From Stegostoma tigrinum (lineage: Eukaryota): DNA of 64,000 nt. How positions within the stretch are numbered: the stretch's first letter is position 1; each line of letters starts with the position of its first letter. The notes below the pieces were generated by a model, which was not told the origin of the DNA, searched no databases, and was given only the letters and a program-made list of their open reading frames with translations. Below, in pieces: positions 39,570 to 50,288 of the stretch. The position numbers and the translations under genes are program-made. The DNA lies in the NCBI RefSeq assembly GCF_030684315.1, contig NC_081391.1:6738178-6802177 (forward strand). The letters run 5' to 3'.

Positions 39570-40105
39570 TTATAGAATCAATTTTCATGATATGGAAACA
39601 GCACTTCAACCCATTGTGTCTTCACTGGTTACTAAATATCTATTCTAATTCCAATTTCCAGCACTTGGCCTGTTGCATTCTATGCTGTGGTATTTTATGT
39701 TTGCCTAAAAACTTCTTACATGTCTTGCTGGTTCCTGCCTCTAACACCCCTTCCATAACCTGAAGTGAAAAGTTTTCCTCAAATCCTCTCACCACACTGG
39801 TTCTTAGCTTAAAACTGGTTATTGAAGGGGAAATGTTTTTCCCTATCTACACTGTCTATATCCCTCAGAACCTCATATATTTCCATCCAGTTTTCCCCAA
39901 ACCTACTCTGCTTTAAGAAAACAACCCCAACTTATCTAGTCTCTCTTCATAGCTGATTTGCTCTGGCCCAGATAATATCCTGGTGAATCTTGACTGCACT
40001 CTCTCTCTATTGCAATCGCAGCTTTCCTATAGAGTGATGACCAGAACTGCTCCCAGTCCTCCAACTGTGGCCTAACTAATGTTATATAGAGCTCGGTCAT
40101 AACCA
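39570..40105 (-). mobile_element. CR1 3' fragment
   Basis: gtgatgaccagaactgctcccagtcctccaactgtggcctaacta (reverse of VRPQLEDWEQFWS). Confidence 0.75.
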
Positions 40106-41071
40106 GTGGAGAGAAAACACCGTTAATGTTTTGGGTCGGTAACTTTTCTTATAAAACCAAATATCTTATATACCGCCTTAACATCCTTATTGGCAACATA
40201 TGCTCTGTCTCTTGACCCTCTTCTGGAATACACGCGGCAGAATTTGCTGGTGAAATCTGTTACTACATTCATAGCAAGCACAATGACAACTCAGAATCAA
40301 AGTAACAGATAAGTCATTGAGAATTATTTTTGTCTGTCTGTGGCAATTTCAAGCCTATTCGTTTATATTCGGCAGTAAATTAGTGGGGGACAAGCTGCAC
40401 AAAATGAACAATGGCGAAAGCATAAATGATGTTTTAAAAACGTTTTATTCTGTGACTTGCACTATATCATAGAGTTTTGGTTAGGACCAGTGGATTTAAA
40501 GGAGAATGCAGATTATACCAATTTGTGTTCGGTTTGTATCAAATGTCATGCAGAAGGTGGTCATCCAGGAGGCATTGTCCCAATGTTCTTTCAAGTGGCT
40601 CTGTTCATTACTGTATCTAGCAGCTGGAAAAATCCAACTTAACATTAATGCCATGTTTTATATTGAAACTTCAGAAAATTAAAGGCTCAGGATTTATCCA
40701 TCTGTTTAATGTGTTTTGCATTGAAAATGTGAAATATTTGTGGCATCTTGCAAGAACCTGTATTATGATGCCCACCCTAAATGACGCCTGTGTTAATTTG
40801 AAGATATAACTGTGGTTTAGTTATGAGCACAAAATGGATCAAAGCTGGTATTGTGGATATAATCTTGGGGAGCAAGCATTCTCAAGTGGCAATAAATGCC
40901 ATTGTGGTGGTGAAGAGCAAAATGATGGGTCAGTACGTTTAGGCTTAAAAAAGGGTCCAGAGGCAGTTTTGGAGCTGTTGTAGATCCTGGCATATGAATC
41001 AATGCAATGTACGAGATTACCTCATTCTTTTCAGCCCGAGAAAGAACATTTTTTGTACGCTTGCCGTATCA

Positions 41072-41650
41072 ATTAACCATTGAGTATAGAAATTGGGATG
41101 TCGTGTTGTGGCTGCCCAGGACATTGGTTAGGCCGCTTTTTTGGAATACTGCATTCAGTTGTGGTCTCCCTATTATGATAGGAAAAATGTTGTTAAACTT
41201 TAAAGGGTTCAGAAAAAGTTTTGAGGATCTGCAGGGATTTGAGGATTTGACCTATCGGGAGAGGCTGAATAGACTGGGGCTGTTTTCCCTGGAGCATGGT
41301 GGCCTTAGAGGTGGTTGAAAACATGAGGGGCACAGATGTGGTGAATAGTCAAGGTCTTTTTCCCCAAGTCAGTGGAGTCCAAAACTAGAGGGCATAGATC
41401 TGAGGTGAGAGGGGTAAGATTTAAAAGGGACCTAAGGGACAACTTTTTTATGCAGAGGATGGTGTGTATGGAATAGGCTGCCACAAGTAAAACAATTTAA
41501 AGGGCATCTGGGTGGGTATATGAATAGGAAAGGTTGAAATGGATTTGGGAAAAATGCTGGCAAATGGGACTAGATATAATTTTGGATCTCTGGTTGGCAT
41601 GGATGAGTTGGACCAAAGGGTCTGTTTCTGTTCTGTACAATTCGATGTCT
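41072..41650 (+). mobile_element. CR1 3' fragment
   Basis: IEYRNWDV..LVRP..YRERLNRLGLFSLE plus 3' UTR. Confidence 0.88.
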
Positions 41651-41834
41651 CAGTAACCACCCACCTCCTTGATCACAACATGCTGTACGTTCAGTTTTTC
41701 GCCCCATAAATAGATGTCTCATTTAACAGTTCTTCATAACTAGGTGCAAGTCGTGAAGCAGGCAGTATGGGCTGTGTAGCAAAGATGCACAGGAGCTTGA
41801 AGTAGATAGAAGTGTGGATGCTGTCAATCAGGAA

Positions 41835-42699
41835 TAAAAACAGAAACAAAGAAACCTACAGGACAGGAACAGGCCCTTTGGCCCTCCAAGCCTGCGCTGA
41901 TCAAGATCCTCTGTCTAACCTGTCATCTATTTTCTAACGGTCCGTGTCCATTTGCTCCCTGCCCATCCATGTACCTGTCCAAATATATCTTAAAAGACGC
42001 TAACTTGTCCGTGTCTACCACCTCCACTGGCAACGTGTTCCAGGCACCCACCACCCTCCGTGTAAAAAAACTTTCCACGCATATCTCCCTTAAACTTTCC
42101 TCCTCTCACTTTGAACCCATGACCCCTACTAATTGAGTTCCCCCACTTTGGGAAAAAGCATTTTGCTATCCACCCTGTTTATACCCCTCACGATTTTGTA
42201 GACCTCAAACAGGTCCCCCCTCAAACTCCATCTTTCCGATGAAAATAATCCTAATCTATTCAACCTCTTTTCTTAGCTAGCACCCTCCATACCTGGCAAC
42301 ATCCTGGTGAACCTCCTCTGCACCCTCTCCAAAGCACCCACATCCTTTTGGTAATGTGGCGACCAGAACTGTGCACAGTACTCCAAATGTGGCTGAACCA
42401 AAGTCCTATACAACTGCAACATGACCTGCCAACTCTTGTACTCAATACCCCGTCCAATGAAGGAAAGCATGCCATATGCCTTCTTGACCACCCTATTGAC
42501 CTGTGTTGTCACCTTCAGGGAACAATAGACCTGAACACCCAGATCTCTCTGTTCATCAATTTTCCCCAAGACTTTTACACTTACTGTATAGTTTGTCCTT
42601 GAATTTGATCTTCCAAAATGCATCACCTCGCATTTACCCGGATTGAACTCCATCTGCCATTTATCTGCCCAACTCTCCAGTCTATCTATATTCTGCTGT
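41835..42699 (-). mobile_element. Young-looking 5'-truncated CR1 LINE
   Basis: Clean ORF MEFNPGKCEVMHFG..LVQPHLEYCAQFWSPHY..LERVQRRFTRMLPG (42273-42653) and intact 3' UTR. Confidence 0.95.
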
Positions 42700-43114
42700 A
42701 GTCCAAGAATGTGTTACACTGCAACATGTCTGCTGTGAACATGGGTTTAAACACAGTTATTAGACACGGTATGGGTGCTCATCAATACTGTTCACTATAC
42801 AGGATAAAAAATAGAAGTTGCTGGAAAAGCTCAGCAAGTCTGGCAGCATCTCTGAAGAAAGAAAAAATCAGTGTTAACATTTCAGGTCCAGTGACCCTTC
42901 CTCAGAACTGCAGGTATGGTCACCGGGCCCAAAGCGTTAACTCTGATTTTTTTTTTTTTCTTCATAGATGCTGCCAGACCTGGGCTTTTCCAGCAACTTC
43001 TGTTTTTGATCCTGTATGGTGAATAGTATTGATGAGCACCCATACCGTGTCTAATAGCTGTGTTGAAACCCATGTTCACAGCAGACATGTTGCAGTGTAA
43101 CACATTCTTGGACT
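42700..43114. repeat. Long inverted repeat (arms 42700-42896 and 42918-43114)
   Basis: Outer ~105 bp of non-repeat-looking sequence is duplicated in inverted orientation (4 mismatches counted). Inner ~90 bp is a family B Penelope-like terminus. Loop is 21 nt. Confidence 0.95.
42873..42909 (-). ncRNA. Near-intact minimal hammerhead ribozyme motif
   Basis: Minus strand reads GTT-CTGAGGA-A-GGGTC-actg-GACCT-GAAA-TGT-T-AAC: stem I GUU/AAC, 5-bp stem II, short near-palindromic stem III. Confidence 0.65.
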
Positions 43115-46100
43115 GTTTGGGATGGGCCTCAAATGCTATCCTTTGAAAGAAATAAATCACTTTTTTTTGTCTTTAACTTGGAGAAGCTTACTAAACTTAC
43201 TCAGTGGACATATTACAAAGTTGCCAATCAGAGGTTCTGTTCCCTCTAATTTTCCTGCTCTTGCATAGGTCTCCAAGGTCCGTGTGGCTGTGGCTTCCAG
43301 ACCAGAGGCCTGTACGTTCATAGGATCCTCTGAGCAGCTGCCGCACAGCTTAGAAGAAGTGTTGATCAAAAATATATGCATGGGGAGAAAAGAGATTTGC
43401 AATAATTCTTCATTTGTTTAAATGGAGTTTAAATTTTAATTTCATACCCAGTCCCTGTGACTGCACCAAGTACGCTGAGCACCATTCTCTAATAGTCTTG
43501 GTGGCCCCACAGCAGTCGTTTTCGTTCAGCAAGTTCCTCGTCACCATTGAATTTAATGGTGTGGCAGACATGTCAATTGAATGGATTTTCTGGCCCTTCG
43601 GGCGGTGTCCAGGTCATTGGCTGATTTTGCCCAGTTTTTAAAAATGTTTTTGGAGCTAGCATCAGGAAGAAGACTAGCATTTGCTTGCTGGTGCTCCTGT
43701 TAAACCTGGAAGATGCAGTGAGGACTTTGTTAATGGATTTTTCTCTACTATCCTTGTATGTTCCAGATGTACTGTTCAGGTCTCCCTGCAGTAATGAATA
43801 TGCAGATGACAGTTGCTCAGTGCAGTAGGACTTCTGACTTATGGTGGTCTTTGTTGTCAAACACACATTTCTTTGGTTTGTAGAACGCTGTACCGAAACA
43901 GCTGTTTGAATGTTCCCTGTCAGGTCTTAACTCTCAAATGGCCAACATTCAAGGTGCTCGCATGAGGAAAGGTCTTCAAAGATGTTCCGAAATTTCTGTT
44001 TGAGTACTACCAATGGTTCAATATGGTGACAATTTACCTGTCAAATTGTGTCCTGCTTAAATCACAAGGCCTTAATGTTGAGGCAACATGTGACTCTATG
44101 ACTGTGACAAAGGAAGCAAATCCTCCACCGTAGTTCCGTGCATATCTGGGCATATCCTGGCCTCCATGTCCAAAGATCAGCATATCAAGAACTAGGCAGA
44201 TTAATTACTGTTTTGTGTCAGGGCTCATGCACCCAGATTTCTCTCTTGCTAGTTCTTGTTATTGTCTGACTGTATTAGAGCAACTTGTCCGTCTCTAATT
44301 TTCATCCTTACCTGTGTAGAAACCTCCTTAGAATTGCTTTGACCTTCTCACAATGGCATACCTGAGATCAGGAGCTGGACTGGCATAAGATCACATTGTT
44401 CAGTGTGCCCTTCGACTAAATATATCATTCTGTTGTACAATGGTACTTACCTGTAGTGGAAGTGTGTTTGGACACCAGGTCAGGTTTGAGAAGCAGTGGA
44501 CATTCTCCTCGGATCTAAGGAAGCTACCGGGAGATCTGATGGAGATGTGCACGGTCATGTCAAGTTTTTTCTACCTAACCTAATTTTTCCATTAGCTGAA
44601 GGCACAAGGAGTGGAGTCACGTGGTTTGGTGTAGATAGCAACAGTTAAGTGTTCTTACTGCATAGCCATGTCAGCCATGATGTGCTAACTAATGGAGCAC
44701 TGCGTTTGGTTAAATTGAGGCATTTTCACAATGGCAATCTAAAAGTAGTGGATTGCTGAGGCTCTGATTATTTATAATATATGACTGACTTGGATGATGA
44801 AAATGAATGCATTATCGCCAGATTTGTGGATGATACAAACGGGTGAGAAGACAAGAAATAAGGATGGCACAGCCTGCTAGGGATATTGATAGACTATGTA
44901 ATGGGAGAAAAACTTGGCAGCTGGAGTATAATGTGTGAAAAATTGAAGCTCAAGTGTGAGTTTGCCTTTGATCAAATGAAATTTTTAAAGTTAAGAACCT
45001 ATTTTAGTGACTGGATTTAATCTCTTACCCAGGCATGGACTGTACCTCTCGCAGCAGTCTGACACTTTGCCGGGTGACAAGTTGCTTGCATGTACAAGTT
45101 ACAATGACAGCTTTCCAAGCCTGTTATTGATGCATGGATCCAACAGCTGTGATGTTAGTGAAAAAAATAAATTAAAGACTCTGACGGTTAGTGTGATATT
45201 AAAAACCTGAAAAAAAGTCTCGAGTCAACATGTGCTGGTTGGAGCCAAGAGGGCAGCTGTGTAAGTACTATTTTGGTTGCAATAAGTCACTTGTTGCCAT
45301 GTGTTGTCAGTCTTGTATGTGCAGACTATGGCAAATGTTACCCTCTGTCACATGTAGCTGCTTCAGAGTGCGATCACGGTATCAGTTGGAGAGCTTTTGG
45401 ATCTTGTTCTGGCTGCTGTATTATGAAGCAGAGGAAAGTCCTGATTAGATTCTTTTGAACTAAGCTAAGGGTGCAGGGCAATTGAGTCACGCAGGCTGAA
45501 TGTCAGAAGTTGGAAATGATAAGTATTCTGGTTGCACTGCTGTAGCTTGAGACTGCACACCGTTGATTGCCCCAAGAAAAGCTTTAAATGTACTTTCTTC
45601 AAAAGCAGTCTTCTACCATGCTGGATGAGACCAGGAAAATCAAGCCAGTCTTGTCCGAGATCCTGTCTGTCAACGGTCACGACACTTGGAAAGGACATTG
45701 CTGTGCTGACAGTACTCGTTACCGGGGGTTAAAAGAAGGTTAGCTTTCTCCTGCTTGTGGTCATTTTCACCGAAAGTAGACTGTTGCATATTGTTCACCT
45801 TCGCCTTCTGCATATCTGCCCAATCCTAGCAACTGTTGACAGACTTAAATGGCTTTCTGATGCAGAACCTAATATAAATCTACGTTCGGGCGAATGAATT
45901 TCTGGTAATTTACAAACAAGCAAACTCCTTGTGATTTGACTCGTTTGCACTCATTTGAATAAACTTTTGGATCTGGGAAAATTATGAAAAATTCAGACCT
46001 TCAAGAGTGCATCGTTGGGTTTACTAGTGACAGAATGAAAATTGCACATGCAAGTGTAAAGCATTGGGTATAGTTCAGGTGGGTGGGGTGGCGGATGGGT

Positions 46101-46787
46101 GACGTATGTAATTGAGTGGTGTTACGTCTTGTCAAATTGCTGCAAAGCCATCCTAAAACCCTGCTGTCCGTCGGTCAGCCGTGTCTTAGTCGTAGGCACG
46201 AATCATCTCGCGTTCGTATTGTGGGGGAGCCATCAGGTTAATGAACTTGACAAAGAAATGACTACATGTATGCAGAAGAGGGGAAGGAGGTATCTTTCAT
46301 TAGTATTCAGAACAGGAAGAAGGCAACCAAGACACAGTTCCGCTAAAAATAACAATTTAGCATACAATGAATTGAAAAATAATTCTAGAATAATTCTATG
46401 GCTAATGGAATGAAGCTGTGTGTGTCATGAGAAGTAACAATCCTTGAAACATCATAAAACATATGGTATTGGGGGCTGGAGATTATTTCCAAATGATTGC
46501 TAGGCTTGACTGAATGATTGTTATAAATAATGCCTATTTGAAATGTGTGATATCGTAGAATTGCAATGCAGTGGGTGTGTCCCTATCCCTGGTCTGGGTG
46601 GCCCAGGTTCAACTCCCATGTGCTCCAGAGCTGTGTAGTAATATCACTGAATAGGTTGATTTAAAAAGTTAGGTCAGGTTAAATATTAGAATTTCTTCCT
46701 TCGATTATTTGTTGCTGGTCTCTTTATCTTTTTATTTGAATGCCATAATGTGGAGATGGTTTGTTTGGACTGGGATGAACAAAGTCG

Positions 46788-46890
46788 GCTGTCACACGAC
46801 ACCAAGTTATGGTCCTACAGTTTATTTTTTTCAAAAGCTTGCGATGTTAAATAAACCTGTTGGACTGCAACCTGGTGTCGTGTGACTTCT
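46788..46890. mobile_element. Fold-back remnant of a Penelope-like terminus (family C)
   Basis: gtcacacgacaccaagttatggtcctacagtttattt / aaataaacctgttggactgcaacctggtgtcgtgtgac are inverted; related to 53727-53820. Confidence 0.7.
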
Positions 46891-48139
46891 ACCTTTATTT
46901 GGGTGGAATGTGTCATATCTGAATGTAACCTAAATTCCTGACAGTCAACCTGTCCAAGAAACCAAATGGCGAGCTTGCTTTGAGTTCTCGATTGACTAGC
47001 CACCTACAGACTGCTGGATTAATGCTACTGGTGGTGGGAGGTGATCTTTGAGTAAGATTTAACTAGTGACATTTAAGGGCTTCAATCAGTTTGGAGTTTG
47101 GGGACCATCCCCAGGACTTCCTGCCACTGGATACAGGACAGAGTCCCCACCCTCAAACCTCCTGCCTGATGCAATGTCCCCAGCCCTCTGACACCAAATC
47201 TGGAACCAGGAGTGGCGTTGAATTCCATCCAAGGGAATTAACAAGGACCCTATTTAAAGCTTTTAACAATTGAATATTTAATTTGCTAAGAAACTTGTGC
47301 CTGGTTGTGAATATTTTTAGTCATTTTCAATTATTTAAAGCAAGCAGTGAATTGAACATTTCATTGAAATGCTGATTTTCTTTTAATAAGTCGATTCTCA
47401 GCTGCAATAATAAAACTGTACCAGGTTATCACTCTTCAGTAGCATTCTGAAAGAGCTGGTTCGTGGAAAAATTTCACATTTGTAATGCAATCAGTTTGAA
47501 TAAAAATTGAATGGAAACTTGAACATAGGATATGGTTTGAAAACAAGGATAGTTTAGATCCAGATTACCGATTTTATACCCAATTTTAAAGCTATGAGAT
47601 GGTCTGTCAAAATTATTTCACAGTTGCTGATTTTATCTCTGGTTTATACTTATAGGAGAGTAGCTACAATATGTTCATGGTTTAAGCATGGATGTGAGGA
47701 ATTTTTTTTTTCTCTGAAGGTTGATTCTATACAACCCTCTTTCTCAGAACAGTGGAGACAACGTGATTGAAATGTTTATGGCAGAGGTGAGGACTTTCTG
47801 TACCAACAAGGGAGGTGGAGGATATCAGTGACAGGCAAGGAAATGAACCTGATTTAATGAGCCATAATCTGAAATGGTTTATGCCTAATTCACATGTTCT
47901 AGGCATAAGGCTGTTCATTTAATTGTGGGAAAGGTCCATATGGGCTGCTCAGAAAATGGCTTGAATGACTACAGTAAAGAGAAAAAAAATATATAATGAG
48001 GACAGAAGGGGGATCCTGTTGTTTATGTTCCAAAACTCAGATGGCGCTATTCCACTTAGAGTTTTAAACCAGCATTTTAAGAAGATCATAAATAGGCACG
48101 GTTGTTGGCTACTTAACCCTCCAAGCTTCTTTGTCCTGT

Positions 48140-49160
48140 AAAGTCATGGGAATAAGGAAAATCTCTCCATTGGTTGGCGTCATTCAGGCGTATAGGAAGA
48201 TGGTTGTGGTTGTTGGAGGTCAGTCATCTTGGATCCAGGGCATCTCCAGGAGTTCCTCAGGGTAGTGTCCTAGATCCAACCATCTTCACTTGTATCAATG
48301 ACCTTACCTCCTCCAGAAGGCGAAAGGGTGGGATGTTTGCTGACTGCACCTTGTTCACCATTTGCGGCTCCTCAGATACTGAAGCAGCTCCGTTTCCAAT
48401 TAGAGCAAGATCTGGATGGTGCCCAGATTCGGGCTGAAAAATGGCAAGTAACATTCAGGCCATACAAATGCCAACTCCAGTAAGAGACTAGCTAACCATC
48501 ACCCCTTGATGCTCAATGATGTTGCCATCTCTGAATATCCAACTATCTATATCCTGGAAGTTGCCATTGACCAAAAACTCAACTGGACTGCCATATAAAT
48601 ACGGTAGCTACAACAGCAAGTCAGAGGCGAGGAAAACTGCAGTCACCACTTGACTCCCCAAAGCAAGGAATGTGATGGGATACACCCCACTAACTTGCAT
48701 GGGGTGCAGCAACAGCAACACTTGAGGAAAATTGACACCATCTGGGACAAAATAACTTGCTTACATCACACCACATCCATTACAATTCACTCCCTCCATC
48801 ACAGGCACTTGGTAGCAGCTGTGCATGCTATCTATCAGCTACACTGCAGAAACTCACCAAAGGTCCTTCAACAGCACCTTCCAAACACGCAACCGTCTTG
48901 AAACACAAGGACAGCAGTTACATGGGAACACTATGCCTTGAAAGTTTCCCTCCAAGCCTGACTTGGAAATGTGTCACTGTTCCTTCAGTATTGCTGGATC
49001 AAAATCCTAGAATTCATTCCCTGAGGGTATTGCAAGCCTACCTACTCGTATAAATTGCAGCAGTTCAAGAATGCAGTTCCCCCACTCTTTCTGAAGGAGT
49101 GACTAGGAACAGGCAATGCTGATCAGATGACCAAAGCCCATGTTCCCAAAGTGATTTTAA
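48140..49160 (+). mobile_element. CR1/L2-group LINE 3' fragment
   Basis: GVPQGSVLDPTIFTCINDL..GMFAD and AEKWQVTF motifs. Confidence 0.88.
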
Positions 49161-49726
49161 AAAATTCATGGTTCATCTCTTACCTTCCTGCACTCCTGCA
49201 TGTCCTTAATTTTGGTTTCCAAAAATTTATTCACCTCTTTCTTGAATATACTCACTGGTATCTGTGGAGTAGACAATTCAGAAAAACAGCAACCCTTTTA
49301 GGGAAGGAATGTGTCTTTGCCTTGGCCCAAATGGCCTGGTGTGTTTATTCTGTGGGTAAGGTCCCTAATTTTGTTTTGTTAGAACTCTGCAAATTAGATC
49401 CCTTTAAAATAAATATCCATCTCCTTCTGGAGGTGAACTGTCCGCCTTGTTAACTTTCTCCTTTTAACAATGCCTGATGTTAGTGGAAATATCTTGTAGT
49501 TATTATTTGGGTTTCTGGACAGGCTGATGCAGCATGTTTGTGATGATGTGCATCCATTCTGCTTTTAAACAGTAACTGTTCTAATCAGCCTGGAGGACAC
49601 GTTACCTGCTGAACTTGTCAGTTTTGCTGTTCCTTGCAATGTGGACAAAACACCCCAAATTCTTGTTGCTTGCTTTTTAATGGTTAAAGTTGACATGCAG
49701 GGCTTTTTGCCAAATAAAAGAACCAT

Positions 49727-50288
49727 GGCAGTGGTTAGCACTGCTGCCTCAGCGCCAGGGACCTGGGTTCAGTTCTACCCTCATGTGACTGTCTGTCTAT
49801 GTTTGCACATTCTCCCCATGTCTGCATGGGTTTCCTCCACTTGACTCCCCAAAGCAAGGAATGTGATGGGATACACCCCACTAACTTGCATGGGGCTCAG
49901 CAACAGCAACACTTGAGGAAAATTGACACCATCTGGGACAAAATAACTTGCTTACATCACACCACATCCATTAGAATTCACTCCCTCCATCACAGGCACT
50001 TAATTTTGGTTTCCCAAAATTTATTCACCTCTTTCTTGAATATACTCACTGGTATCTGTGGAGTAGACAATTCAGAAAAACAGCAACCCTTTTAGGGTGC
50101 TCTGGTCTCTTCCTGCGGTCCAAAGATGCGCATGTTAGATGGATTGGCCATGCTAAATTTCCCATAGTGTCTTGGGTGGGAAATGTAGGGATAGGGTAGG
50201 GGGTGGGTCTGAGCAGAATGCTCTTTGGAGGGTTGATGTGGACTTGGTGGGCTGAATGGCCTGTTCCCACGCTGTAGGGATTCTATGA
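49727..50288 (+). mobile_element. HE1-like V-SINE interrupted by a templated insertion (49837-50097)
   Basis: tRNA head and V-domain are split at gggtttcctcc|gggtgc; tail gctgtagggattctatga. Confidence 0.88.
49837..50097 (+). repeat. Local duplication joining copies of 48646-48810 and 49205-49303
   Basis: Near-identical direct copies; the two ORFs sharing TPQSKECDGIHPTNLHG in the track reflect this. Confidence 0.95.

Noticed and set aside
42711-43160. Two near-identical ORFs on opposite strands
   Set aside because: A consequence of the inverted repeat; no coding signal.
48811-49204. Segment skipped in the 49837-50097 duplicate as a spliced intron (retrocopy)
   Set aside because: No GT-AG boundaries on either strand and no poly(A) or TSD; CTT microhomology explains the junction.
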